A stretch of 64,000 bases of DNA from positions 160,001 to 224,000 of the forward strand of contig CAWDVP010000006.1 in the NCBI GenBank assembly GCA_963805945.1. The letters run 5' to 3'. The translations under genes were made by a program, and so were the position numbers. Below are positions 39,501 to 47,953 of this stretch, one piece after another. The stretch comes from Vulcanimicrobiota bacterium (GTDB taxonomy: Bacteria > Vulcanimicrobiota > Vulcanimicrobiia > Eremiobacterales > Eremiobacteraceae). The notes beneath the pieces were generated by a model, which saw only the letters and a program-made list of their open reading frames with translations, was not told where the DNA came from and did not search any database. The first letter of the stretch is position 1, and every line of letters begins with the position of its first letter.

Positions 39501-40118
39501 GTAGTGCGAGTCGTTGGTGGCGACCGCCCTGACGCCGAGCTCTTTGGACAGCCGCAGGAGTTGGGCGCGCACCTTGTCCTCGGCGGCCATGTGGTGATGG
39601 TGCAGCTCGAGAAAGTAGCGGTCGCCGAAGATCGCGCGGTAGTCGCGGATCAGCTCGCGTGCGTGCGGCTCGTCATCGTGCAGCAGCGCCTGTTGCACGC
39701 CGCCGCCGAGGCAACCCGACAGCACGACCAACCCCTCCTGGTGCTGCGCGAGCAGATCGAGGTCGATGCGCGGCTTGTAGTAGTAGCCTTCGAGGAAGCC
39801 CGCGGAGACGAGCTTGAGCAGGTTCTTATAGCCGACGCGATTGGCGGCCAGCACGGTGAGGTGATATTCGTCGCGCTGGCTGCGGTCGAGACGGCCGCGC
39901 GGCGCGACGTACATCTCGCAGCCGATGATCGGCTTGACGCCTTTGGCTTTGGCGGCGAAATAGAACTCGAGCGCGCCGTAGAGCACGCCGTGATCGGTGA
40001 GCGCCAGCGCCGGCATACCCCGCTCGGCAGCCGCCGTGACCAAGTCTCCCACCCTGCAAGCGCCGTCGAGCAGCGAATACTCGCTATGGACGTGCAGATG
40101 GACGAAGCTTTTGCTCAC
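36537..40118 (-). CDS. dnaE: DNA polymerase III subunit alpha
   Basis: PHP domain FVHLHVHSEYSLLDG, GPGRGSAAGS, FERFLNPER..MPDIDTDF, FQLES, FAGYGFPKAH, OB fold. Confidence 0.98.
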   Translation of the reverse strand: MSKSFVHLHVHSEYSLLDGACRVGDLVTAAAERGMPALALTDHGVLYGALEFYFAAKAKGVKPIIGCEMYVAPRGRLDRSQRDEYHLTVLAANRVGYKNLLKLVSAGFLEGYYYKPRIDLDLLAQHQEGLVVLSGCLGGGVQQALLHDDEPHARELIRDYRAIFGDRYFLELHHHHMAAEDKVRAQLLRLSKELGVRAVATNDSHYLARDDAPAHDVLLCIGTGRMVADTDRLRFEGDDFYFKSAEEMRELFAGEPDACDATLDVAEMVDFDLESKTFALPQFPVPAGEGDAEKYLRSLCEVGLRERYGEPAPEQVERMEYELGIINRMGYASYFLIVWDFIRYAREQGIPVGPGRGSAAGSIVAYALRISDVDPLRYGLFFERFLNPERISMPDIDTDFCYERRDEVIDYVRQKYGADHVAQIVTFGTMAARAAVRDVGRVMAHPLADVDRIAKLIPNIPTNPISIRQAIDGVPELNVIYHRDARARELLDTAMRVEGLARHASTHAAGVVIAPGPVTDHAPLVRLGDDDVNTQYSMDWVEKVGLLKMDFLGLRTLTVIDRASAEIRRTLDAAFRIEDIPLDDHKTYAELSSGHTTGIFQLESAGMRRYIAELKPTCIEDLIAMVALYRPGPMEWINDFVAGKHGQRKITYLHPKLEPILAETYGVAVYQENIMQICRDIAGYTAGQADEMRKVISKKIKERIPVERAKFIEGCVRNGTDEVLAGKIWQFIEPFAGYGFPKAHSVCYGLLAYRTAWLKANHPLAFMAALMSSVKNNADKVAEYLAECATMKVPIRPPDVNESGTDFTVSDGAIRFGLGAVRNVGEGAIAELIARRAEKRFESLADVCARVDGRQVNRRVLESLIKAGALDAFGGRSALLAGLDGALDYGQQITQERELGQTSLFGGDDGAPMPPPALPTVPDVSPAQRLAQEKEAIGVYISGHPLADKAADLARRTTSSIAALRETDEDEMATVGGVITSARRVITKAGDQMLIARLEDQTSFIEAVVFPKWYAELAPIFAVDAIVVIKGRVKERRAPGKPLVAVPLEEGGEEERVELSLQAVEAWPFEKARVISPARADAVPERTSVGLDVVPERSSGDVVPALHVRMLGDAADAHRLVRLRDVVLAAGAGEGRIVLHAAGAGDGRPLQRAVAITPELQAELAALFGEHNVWEERSKDRSTTDVAKIRGAA

Positions 40119-40129
40119 CGGACGCTAGG

Positions 40130-40143
40130 CAAACACATGTTCG
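40130..40143 (-). promoter_or_regulatory. LexA (SOS) box, Gram-positive type
   Basis: Minus strand CGAACATGTGTTTG, 11 nt before the dnaE start; matches GAAC-N4-GTT(C/T). Confidence 0.65.
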
Positions 40144-40176
40144 CTGCTCTATTTCAGCACCGTGGGGGTACGCCCT

Positions 40177-40248
40177 TGTGGACGCCCTGCGAACGACTTG
40201 TGAACCGCCCCCAATACTTGTGGATGAAAGCCGCAAAGCTGTGCAGCG
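40177..40248. promoter_or_regulatory. Phased array of degenerate DnaA-box-like 9-mers
   Basis: TGTGGACGC, TGCGAACGA, TGTGAACCG, TGTGGATGA and TGTGCAGCG at 40177, 40188, 40199, 40219 and 40240. Confidence 0.5.
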
Positions 40249-40374
40249 ATGAGGCGTAGCGCGAAATGTAGCGGCAGCCTGCCACCGCACGCCGCCGCGG
40301 CGCAGGAGGGCCTGGCGGGGCGTGGTAAGCCATCATTTTCCACCATACCTATATAGAAGGAACCAGCGCGCTCG

Positions 40375-41973
40375 ATGGCTCTGCTCACCGGTGCTTCCCT
40401 GGGGCTCGAATCGTTCGGCGTCGGCCCTGTCGCGATCGCCCATCGCAACCTCTCCGTGCCGGCGTTGTTCGAGGCGGCGATCCGCCGTGACGAAGGCCTC
40501 GCCGCCGCTGCAGGCCCGCTGGCCGTCAAGACAGGCAAGCACACCGGCCGCTCCCCCCAGGACAAGTTCTTCGTCGAGGAGCCTGGCAGCCAGGGCCATA
40601 TCGACTGGGGCAAGACGAATAAGCCGTTCGACAAGGCCAAGTTCGAGGCGCTGCTCGCCCGGGTGGACGGCTACTTGCGCGACAAGGAGGTCTTCGTCAC
40701 CGACGCCTTCGCAGGCGCGGAACCGGCCTACCGTCTGCCCGTCCGCATCGTCACGACCAAGGCGTGGCACAGCCTCTTCGCCCGCCATCTCTTCATCGAC
40801 CCGACGCCGGCCGAACTCGCGACGTTCGCGCCGCAGTTCGCGGTCGTCGACGCTTGCGATTTCCTCGCGGTGCCCGAGCGCGACGGCACCCGCTCCGAGA
40901 CCTTCATCATCGTCGACTTCAGCCGCAAGCTCGTGCTCATCGGCGGCACGACGTATGCCGGCGAGATCAAGAAGTCGGTGTTCACCATCATGAACTACCT
41001 GCTGCCGCTGCGCGGCGTCATGCCGATGCACTGTTCGGCCAACGTCGGCGCGTCGGGCGACGTCGCCGTCTTCTTCGGCCTCTCCGGCACCGGCAAGACC
41101 ACGCTCTCAGCGGATCCGGATCGCGCCCTCGTCGGCGACGACGAGCATGGCTGGAGCGATTCTGGCGTGTTCAATTTCGAGGGCGGCTGCTACGCGAAGG
41201 TGATCAATCTCTCCGCCGAACTCGAGCCGCAGATCTTCCCCACGACGCGCACCTTCGCGACCGTGCTGGAAAACGTCGTCATCGACGAGCAGACGCGCGA
41301 GTTGGATCTCGCGGACGACTCGCTCACCGAGAACACGCGCGCCGCATACCCGCTCACCGCCGTGCCGAACATCGTGCCGTCGGGGCGCGCGGGTCACCCG
41401 AACCACATCGTCATGCTCACCTGCGACGCGTTCGGTGTCTTGCCGCCGATCTCGCGCCTCACCGTGCCGCAGGCGATGTACCACTTCCTCTCCGGCTACA
41501 CGGCCAAAGTCGCCGGCACGGAAAAAGGCGTCACCGAACCGCAGGCCACCTTCTCGCAGTGCTTCGGCGCGCCGTTCATGGTGCATCCGCCTATGGTGTA
41601 CGCCGGACTGCTCGGCGAGAAGATCGGCAAGCACAAAGTCGATTGCTGGCTGGTGAACACCGGTTGGAGCGGCGGCCCGTTCGGCGTCGGCAAGCGCATG
41701 AAGCTGCCGTACACCCGCGCCATAATCAAGGCAGCGCTCACGGGGCAGCTCGCCGACGTGCCGTGCATCGCGGATCCGATCTTCAACGTCGCCGTGCCCA
41801 CGAGCGTGCCCGGGGTTCCGGCAGAGGTGCTGCAGGCCCGCGCGACGTGGAGCGATCCCGCGGCGTACGATCGCAAGGCGAGGGAGCTCGCGCAGCTCTT
41901 CGCCGCGAATTTCGAGCGCTTCGCTTCGGCTGCGACGCCGGAGATCTTGGCGGCCGCGCCGCGAACGACTTGA
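40375..41973 (+). CDS. pckA: Phosphoenolpyruvate carboxykinase (ATP)
   Basis: TGRSP.DKF, YAGEIKK, MHCSAN, FFGLSGTGKTTLS, GDDEHGW, NFEGGCYAK, ENTRAAYP. Confidence 0.98.
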   Translation: MALLTGASLGLESFGVGPVAIAHRNLSVPALFEAAIRRDEGLAAAAGPLAVKTGKHTGRSPQDKFFVEEPGSQGHIDWGKTNKPFDKAKFEALLARVDGYLRDKEVFVTDAFAGAEPAYRLPVRIVTTKAWHSLFARHLFIDPTPAELATFAPQFAVVDACDFLAVPERDGTRSETFIIVDFSRKLVLIGGTTYAGEIKKSVFTIMNYLLPLRGVMPMHCSANVGASGDVAVFFGLSGTGKTTLSADPDRALVGDDEHGWSDSGVFNFEGGCYAKVINLSAELEPQIFPTTRTFATVLENVVIDEQTRELDLADDSLTENTRAAYPLTAVPNIVPSGRAGHPNHIVMLTCDAFGVLPPISRLTVPQAMYHFLSGYTAKVAGTEKGVTEPQATFSQCFGAPFMVHPPMVYAGLLGEKIGKHKVDCWLVNTGWSGGPFGVGKRMKLPYTRAIIKAALTGQLADVPCIADPIFNVAVPTSVPGVPAEVLQARATWSDPAAYDRKARELAQLFAANFERFASAATPEILAAAPRTT

Positions 41974-42040
41974 TGTAGGGGCCGAGCTTCAGCTCGGCCC
42001 GCGGGAACGAAGGGTCGACCGAAAGGTCGACCCCTACATC
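41972..42040. repeat. Inverted pair of GTAG-type REPs (REPIN-like)
   Basis: GTAGGGGCCGAGCTTCAGCTCGGCCC (41975-42000) and inverted GTAGGGGTCGACCTTTCGGTCGACCC (42012-42037), between convergent genes. Confidence 0.85.
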
Positions 42041-42045
42041 GCCAT

Positions 42046-43422
42046 CTAGGGTGCCGCGAGGTAGCGCGCGAGCACGTTGCCGTCGCCGATAAGCTCCAGC
42101 GTGTTGCCCGAGATCTGGAACGACGTCACCTCGCCGAGCGCCTTGAGATACGCCGCTTCGATGTCCTTTCCCGGCTGGCACGCCATCATCGTCGAGGCAA
42201 GCGCGGAGAAGCGCAGCGATTCGCCGCTCAACGTGTATCCGCCGGTGAACCGGTTGCAGCTGCCGTCGCCGCTGGCACGCTTGCTTGAAGCGTCCAACTC
42301 AAGCGTCGGCTTCTTCGCAAGCTTCGAGGCGTCGACTGCCAGCCCGTTGAGCTCGATCAGATCCCACAGCGTGCCCTCGAGCGGCGCCGCGGCCTGGAAA
42401 CGCGCGACCGCTTTGCCCGCGCTCAACAGCTCGAGCGTGCCGCCGGTGATCCGGAACGAGGTGGTGGCGGCAAGCGCTTTGAGATAGGGCGCTTCGACGT
42501 TGTGCCCGGGCGGGCACGCCATCCGCGTCACCGCAGACTGGCCGAAATGCAGCGAGTCACCGCTGAGCGTGTAGTCGCCGGTCAGACGATTGCAGCTCGT
42601 GTCGCCGCTGGCCCGTTTGCTCGCGGCGTCGAGTTCGAGCGACGGCTTGCGCACGAGCAGCGACGCGTCGACGGGCGTGCCGTTGAGGTCCGACAGCTCC
42701 CACAGCGTGCCTTCGAGGCGCACCGGCGCGGGCGGCCTGCACGAACCTCCCTGCGTGACCTTGGCGAAGCGGTCCACCACGACGAACTCGCGCAAGCCGG
42801 CGCCGTCCGTGTTCGGCCGTTGCGCGAAATGCCCGTAGAACGTCGCGAAGAGCGGCGCACCAGGCGCGCTGCGCTGTTGCGCGTACGCCGATTCGAGCGC
42901 GCCGTTGTCTCCGAGCTGCGCGACCGGAAACCTCTCCATGGTGTTGCATTCCTGGAAGACTCCCGCGTCCGCCATGTATGTGTAGGTGCCGTGCAGCAGC
43001 ATCGTATCGCTGATCGGGTCAACGACGTCGGTGCGGTGGAGGTCGAAATTGCCTTTGAACTCTCTGCCGGCGACGTCGAGCTGCCGCAACGTCTTGGCGT
43101 CGACGATCGCGTACTGGCGCGGCGTTTCCGTAGCGCCGTGCAGGAGCAGCTTCTTGCCGTCGTCGCTGACGTTCCAACGGCCGAGATCGAAGAAGTTGCT
43201 TAGATCCGCGTGCATCGAGCCGACGTACGTCTGGCGCATGAGAAAGGTCTTGTCGGCCCGCAGCGTGAGGGTCGTGCGGATGCCGGAGCAATCGGCGCAC
43301 GGCGTCATGCCGTCGTAGGTGACGGGCAGCGCGCCGAGTGGCTCCTGATCCGCGCGCACGGCGGTTCCCGCGCACAGCAATACCGCCGCAGCGATCATCG
43401 ACAATGCCAGTCGCGTCTTCAC
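42046..43422 (-). CDS. Secreted NlpE-N / tandem META (HslJ) domain protein
   Basis: Signal peptide, Y.G..PCADC.GI.T.LTL (NlpE-N), YMADA..F..C, two META repeats (LEGT.W.L…SCNR.TG.Y…MAC); AGGAGG RBS. Confidence 0.88.
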   Translation of the reverse strand: MKTRLALSMIAAAVLLCAGTAVRADQEPLGALPVTYDGMTPCADCSGIRTTLTLRADKTFLMRQTYVGSMHADLSNFFDLGRWNVSDDGKKLLLHGATETPRQYAIVDAKTLRQLDVAGREFKGNFDLHRTDVVDPISDTMLLHGTYTYMADAGVFQECNTMERFPVAQLGDNGALESAYAQQRSAPGAPLFATFYGHFAQRPNTDGAGLREFVVVDRFAKVTQGGSCRPPAPVRLEGTLWELSDLNGTPVDASLLVRKPSLELDAASKRASGDTSCNRLTGDYTLSGDSLHFGQSAVTRMACPPGHNVEAPYLKALAATTSFRITGGTLELLSAGKAVARFQAAAPLEGTLWDLIELNGLAVDASKLAKKPTLELDASSKRASGDGSCNRFTGGYTLSGESLRFSALASTMMACQPGKDIEAAYLKALGEVTSFQISGNTLELIGDGNVLARYLAAP

Positions 43423-43498
43423 GATCCCCCTCCTGGAGAGCGCACCTCCGGCCGCCGCCGTCCGAGGGTCGCCGCGGCTGTGATTGGCGTTCGCGCGG

Positions 43499-44731
43499 CT
43501 ACGGCCTGCCGTCGCTGCCTCTCGTCCAGGCCGCGTGTGAATCGAGCTGCTGATCCTGCCAAGCAGGCCGGGGCCTGATCGGTCCGCCGCACGGCAAGAA
43601 GCGCGCGTTGGGATCCGCCGCGGCGACGACGTATGCGCCGACGTCTTCGCACGGGAAATCGACCGGCAGGTCGGTCGACGCCCATGACAGCGCGGCCGGG
43701 TACTGCGCGTCGACGCTGAAGACGAGCGTCCGTCCGAAATGCAGCGGCGTCGTGTTGAAGAACAGCGCCATGACGAGCGAACCCGCGAGCGCATAGCGCG
43801 CGACGACCGGCTTGCTCCCCGAGAGCAGCGCTAACGCTGCGAACACCGCCGTGACGAGCGGGATCGTGTGATAGTCCCCCGCGCGATAGAGCCTGTACTC
43901 GGTGATCTGAGGCAGACGCACCAAGAAGATCTCGGCCACCAACGGCAGGCCCAGCAGCACCGCCAGCCAGCGATAGCCCAACGCCGCGAATGCGGTCGGC
44001 ACGAGGATCTCCACCAGGAACGACAGCTGGTGGAACCAATCCGCCGGATCCGCGACGAGCGGCATGACCCATGGCTTCCAGCCGTGCGCGATGATGACGG
44101 CGTAGTAGACGAACAGGCTCACAAGCGACAATCCGACCAGGATCAGTCCGATGCGGCGATCGTACCACGCCGCCGTCGCCAGCCCGAACCAGATGAGGAA
44201 GAGCGCGATGTCTTCCTTGATGCCGAGCATGAGGCAGGTCAGTGCGATGACAGGGACCAGCGCCCGGTGCCGCGCGGCGATGATCAAACCGAACGCGAGC
44301 GGCGGCAGGAATTGCTCGGGCCGGAACTCGCCGTAGGCAAATCCCTGGATCGAGGGCGAGAGCAGATACGCCGCCGAGACCGCGGCGGCGATGGCAGGCT
44401 CGGCGCCGCTGTCGCGCGAGAGCGCGAAGAGCACGATCGCACCCGACGCCACGACCAACACCTGCACCACGATGAGCGCTTCCGCGCGCGGGAAGACGGC
44501 GACGACCGGCGCGACGGCGAGCACCAGCCACGAATCGTGATACGCGAGATGATTGCCGACGTCCACGCCGTTGTTGAGCGAGCCGCTGTGGACGAAGTTG
44601 GCGAGCATCTGCAGGTACATGCCGGTGTCCTGCGTCGCGCGCAGCGCGTGCAGCGCGTTGATGTCGAGCGGCACGTAGACGGCGAAGAAGACGATCGCGG
44701 CGCCGACGGCCACCAGCGTCCAGCGGCTCAT
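43499..44731 (-). CDS. DUF2079 family membrane protein (putative GT-C glycosyltransferase)
   Basis: D.G.Y.Q, HL..H, EF.P, KED motifs; polytopic. Confidence 0.8.
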   Translation of the reverse strand: MSRWTLVAVGAAIVFFAVYVPLDINALHALRATQDTGMYLQMLANFVHSGSLNNGVDVGNHLAYHDSWLVLAVAPVVAVFPRAEALIVVQVLVVASGAIVLFALSRDSGAEPAIAAAVSAAYLLSPSIQGFAYGEFRPEQFLPPLAFGLIIAARHRALVPVIALTCLMLGIKEDIALFLIWFGLATAAWYDRRIGLILVGLSLVSLFVYYAVIIAHGWKPWVMPLVADPADWFHQLSFLVEILVPTAFAALGYRWLAVLLGLPLVAEIFLVRLPQITEYRLYRAGDYHTIPLVTAVFAALALLSGSKPVVARYALAGSLVMALFFNTTPLHFGRTLVFSVDAQYPAALSWASTDLPVDFPCEDVGAYVVAAADPNARFLPCGGPIRPRPAWQDQQLDSHAAWTRGSDGRP

Positions 44732-46137
44732 CTGAGCCTCGTGTATGCGTGCACGTGGCCGTAGGAGCAGACCTCATGCAAGCGCCCATCTCCGAGCGCG
44801 GCTTTCAGCGCGGGTTGGATCTCGCGCTGATAGGTCACGTCCGTGCTGTCATCGGCATAGACGAGATAGTCGACTCCATCGGTGCGCTGCATCGTGGCGC
44901 GCGGATTCGCGGCGACCTGCGCGAGCCAGTCCTCGTGCGTCGACAGGCTGGCGCCCGGCGGCACGCACGCCATGGTCTGCCGAGCGGCGGGCACGTCCGC
45001 GTAGCCTTGCTTCAAGATGAAGACCGGATGCATCGGGTTCGCCGCCAGCGTGAAGACCGCGCAAGCCGCGAGCGCGAGGTTCGCCCACAGGCGCGATGCG
45101 GCCTCGCCGCGCGCGCCGAGGATGTGCACGAGCGCGGCCGCGGCGGCGATGACCATCCATGGCGCCCACAGCAGCTCGTAGTGCGCGCCCATCGTCCAGA
45201 TCTTCTGATCGCTCGCGAGCAGGACGGAGGCAAGGCCCGGGATCGCCGCAAGCCCCCAGCGTGTCATGGTCGGCAGGAATACCAGCGGCGCCAACGCTTC
45301 GAGCAGATACGTGAGCCGGCCGGTCGTCAGCACGCCGCGCGCGAACTCCAACGGGTGCAGGAAGATAGCGCCGGCGACCGCCGCCGGGCCGGCGCCGAAG
45401 CTGTACTCATAGTACGCCCCGGGTGACCACGCGCCGTACAAGCGGTGCACCGAGTAGAAGTACGCGACGGTGACGGCCAGGGCTGCGACAGAGAACAGCG
45501 CTGCGGCGCGCGCGAGCCGCACCGGCTCTTGCGGCTGATCATCGAGCAGCCCTTTTGTACCGGGCGCGCGGCGACATGCCCATAGCGCCGCTGCCGCGGC
45601 GATGACCAGGAACTGGATGGTCACGTCTTCGCGCACGCACAACGCGAGCGCTCCCAGCAGCGCGAACGCCCACCAACGCCGCCGATCCGCCGCCCACACG
45701 ACGCCGCTGGCGAGGATCGGGAAGAACGCGACCTCGTGGAAGTTATCGACGGCGCCCGAGGCGAGCGGCGGATACAGCAATGCGATCAGCCCGATGCGGG
45801 CCGCTATCCCGTCGCTCACATATGGCCGGACGAGTGCGAAGACGACGAGCGCGTTGGCGGCCACGAGGACGACTTGCGCGTATTGGAGCGCGAGGCCCGA
45901 CCGCGCCACCGCCAGCAGCGGATACAGCAGCGCGAGGATCGGCGAGAAATGGACGACGAAGTGCGGCGGCCCCTCGGCGAATGATCGGAAGCCCGAAAAC
46001 GCGCTGAGCACGACCTGCGTGAAGATGGCGGTGTCGGCGCCGATCGCCCAGTGCTCCCAGCGGATGGTCACGATCGCGCCGCAGAGCAGCGCGTACGCGC
46101 CCACGGCGATCCACACGACGCGCGCGCCCCACGTCAT
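44728..46137 (-). CDS. DUF2079 family membrane protein (paralog)
   Basis: DTAIFTQ, HFSP, NFHE, RED, HY motifs; polytopic; ATGA overlap. Confidence 0.82.
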   Translation of the reverse strand: MTWGARVVWIAVGAYALLCGAIVTIRWEHWAIGADTAIFTQVVLSAFSGFRSFAEGPPHFVVHFSPILALLYPLLAVARSGLALQYAQVVLVAANALVVFALVRPYVSDGIAARIGLIALLYPPLASGAVDNFHEVAFFPILASGVVWAADRRRWWAFALLGALALCVREDVTIQFLVIAAAAALWACRRAPGTKGLLDDQPQEPVRLARAAALFSVAALAVTVAYFYSVHRLYGAWSPGAYYEYSFGAGPAAVAGAIFLHPLEFARGVLTTGRLTYLLEALAPLVFLPTMTRWGLAAIPGLASVLLASDQKIWTMGAHYELLWAPWMVIAAAAALVHILGARGEAASRLWANLALAACAVFTLAANPMHPVFILKQGYADVPAARQTMACVPPGASLSTHEDWLAQVAANPRATMQRTDGVDYLVYADDSTDVTYQREIQPALKAALGDGRLHEVCSYGHVHAYTRLR

Positions 46138-46187
46138 ACCTGGCACGAGGCGGCATTGCGCGCCGCGGTGACGAAGTCCCGCGTGCG

Positions 46188-46886
46188 ATGGACATCGTGA
46201 TCGTCGGAGGGCCGCACTCGGGAGTCGGCAAGACGCTCGCAAGCGAGACCGCGCTGCGCGCGCTCGCCGGGCTCGGCTATGGCGCGATCAAACTCACCGT
46301 CGCCGACGGCGAACGCGACCCCGAGCACGACCACGGCTCGTCCGCGCTCACGGTCGCGCACGCGGCTGGGATCTGCGGCCGCGGCGCCTCGTGCGGCGTG
46401 TGCGAAACGGTCTCGACGGGCGTGCCCAGCCGGCTCATCGTCAATGAAGGCGCGATCCGCAAAGAGCCCACCGATACGTGGCGCCTTTCGAACGCCGGCG
46501 CCGTCTCGGTCGCGTGGGTGATCGCGCTACGTTCCGGCGCGCCGAGCGCCATCGTCGAAGCGCTTGCCTACCTGCATCGCAAAGGAGCGCGCGGCGCGGT
46601 CATCGAGGGCACGACGGCGCTCGATTTCATGGAGCCCGTCGCATCGGTCATGGTGGCGACCGACCCGGGTCGCGCATGGAAAGACGTCGCGCGCCGTCAC
46701 GTCGCGCGCTGCGACATCGTGTTGCGCAACGTGCTGCCGTCCGCGCCAGGCGATTTGCCGGCCCCTCCGGAATTCGAAGCAGCGAATCCCACGCGCTGCG
46801 ATCTCAGCGATCCTGCCGACGCGGGCACGCGCAATTACGTCGAGCGGCTGCGCGCGCTGGCCGCATACGCGAAAAGCCGGCCCTGA
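46188..46886 (+). CDS. P-loop NTPase, MobB-like, with a Cys-rich insert
   Basis: IVIVGGPHSGVGKT Walker A, AIK, CGRGASCGVC, DT.RL..AGA, VIEG. Confidence 0.7.
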   Translation: MDIVIVGGPHSGVGKTLASETALRALAGLGYGAIKLTVADGERDPEHDHGSSALTVAHAAGICGRGASCGVCETVSTGVPSRLIVNEGAIRKEPTDTWRLSNAGAVSVAWVIALRSGAPSAIVEALAYLHRKGARGAVIEGTTALDFMEPVASVMVATDPGRAWKDVARRHVARCDIVLRNVLPSAPGDLPAPPEFEAANPTRCDLSDPADAGTRNYVERLRALAAYAKSRP

Positions 46887-46898
46887 GGCCGGCTCTCT
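46872..46898. terminator. Probable bidirectional terminator
   Basis: AAAAGCCGGCC-CTGA-GGCCGGCTCTCT between convergent genes. Confidence 0.6.
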
Positions 46899-46917
46899 AC
46901 GCACGTGGTCTGGGTTG

Positions 46918-47235
46918 TTACGTCCGCGGGCGTCCCCGCCCGTGGCGGGTGATGACCTCCGGGCGCGGCGGCGGCTCCTGGCCGGTGGCCTTGCACATCT
47001 CGTCCACGAAATAGTTCGCCGCCGACTCCGTCGAGCGCGCGTTGGCGGGATCGTATTGGCGGCGGATCGGGTCGTTGTCGGTATTGAGCTGGACGTCCCA
47101 GAGCTGGTTGGACCACGCCGCCGCGACGACGCGGTTCTTGTAGCTCGCGCTCTTGCCGTCCGAGCGCATTTTGGTCTCGCGCAGCTGCGACTTGATGTTC
47201 TGGAAGAAACTCTTGATATATTCGTCCGGTTCCAC
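46918..47235 (-). CDS. Hypothetical protein ending in GRGRPR
   Basis: GAGG RBS-like sequence, GTG start, strong GC3 codon bias. Confidence 0.75.
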   Translation of the reverse strand: MEPDEYIKSFFQNIKSQLRETKMRSDGKSASYKNRVVAAAWSNQLWDVQLNTDNDPIRRQYDPANARSTESAANYFVDEMCKATGQEPPPRPEVITRHGRGRPRT

Positions 47236-47295
47236 GCCTCACGTCCTCTTCTTGTCGGGGTCCTATTGCTTCGCCATATGGAATCCGGATTCCGT

Positions 47296-47877
47296 CTATG
47301 GATTCAGCGGCGGCCGCTCGGGTAAGGGCATGCGCCGTAGGCCGCCGGGGTAGGTCGTCGGATGCTCGCGCAGCCAGTCGTCCGACAGCACGGCGAGGTA
47401 CTCGAAATTCTCCCAAATCGCGGCTTGCCCGGTGGCCAGGCGCGCGTCGACGAGCGCCCTCGAGACAAGCTTCCAATTGTTCGCGATGACCCAACTATAC
47501 CTGTCCAAGAACAGGTCGGCGTCCACGATGCCTTGCTTGACGAGGATGCCCAACTCCTCATAGGAATTGCAGACCATGCTCACCGCACGACGTATCTCTT
47601 CGTATTCCGGGATCGGCGCAGGCGTTTCCCCGCGGTCTAACGCGGCATTGTATGTGCGGAACTTTGGATCGTCGCTCATCCCCGGCAGTTGGTGGCGGAC
47701 GATCGCCTGGGCATCCGTGAACTGTTTGCTGCCGAGCTCCTCACCGATGGCGAGCATCGCGTTGATCTGATTCCCCGCCCGCAAGTGCCGCAGCTGCACC
47801 ATGGCCGCGATCGCGGTCGCGGCGATGATGCAGACGGTGAGCAGCGACGCGAAGGCGTTGAGCATCTCCAGCGACAT
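47296..47877 (-). CDS. DUF4760-like membrane-anchored protein
   Basis: N-terminal TM then QLR, N.YEELGILVK.G, WENFEYLA; GGAGG RBS. Confidence 0.75.
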   Translation of the reverse strand: MSLEMLNAFASLLTVCIIAATAIAAMVQLRHLRAGNQINAMLAIGEELGSKQFTDAQAIVRHQLPGMSDDPKFRTYNAALDRGETPAPIPEYEEIRRAVSMVCNSYEELGILVKQGIVDADLFLDRYSWVIANNWKLVSRALVDARLATGQAAIWENFEYLAVLSDDWLREHPTTYPGGLRRMPLPERPPLNP

Positions 47878-47953
47878 GGCCACCTCCGTATATGTGAATG
47901 CGGAGCGTGGTATCGCTCCGCATCTTTTGTCGTCCGACCGGCTCAGCCGCGGA

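Noticed and set aside
36537..40118. dnaE as error-prone DnaE2 or intein-containing
   Set aside because: Length and motifs fit a replicative DnaE, no intein-sized insertion is visible, and there is no imuAB neighbour.
40119..40374. Replication origin between dnaE and pckA
   Set aside because: The boxes are degenerate, there is no AT-rich unwinding element, and no dnaA/dnaN is nearby. A regulatory role fits better.
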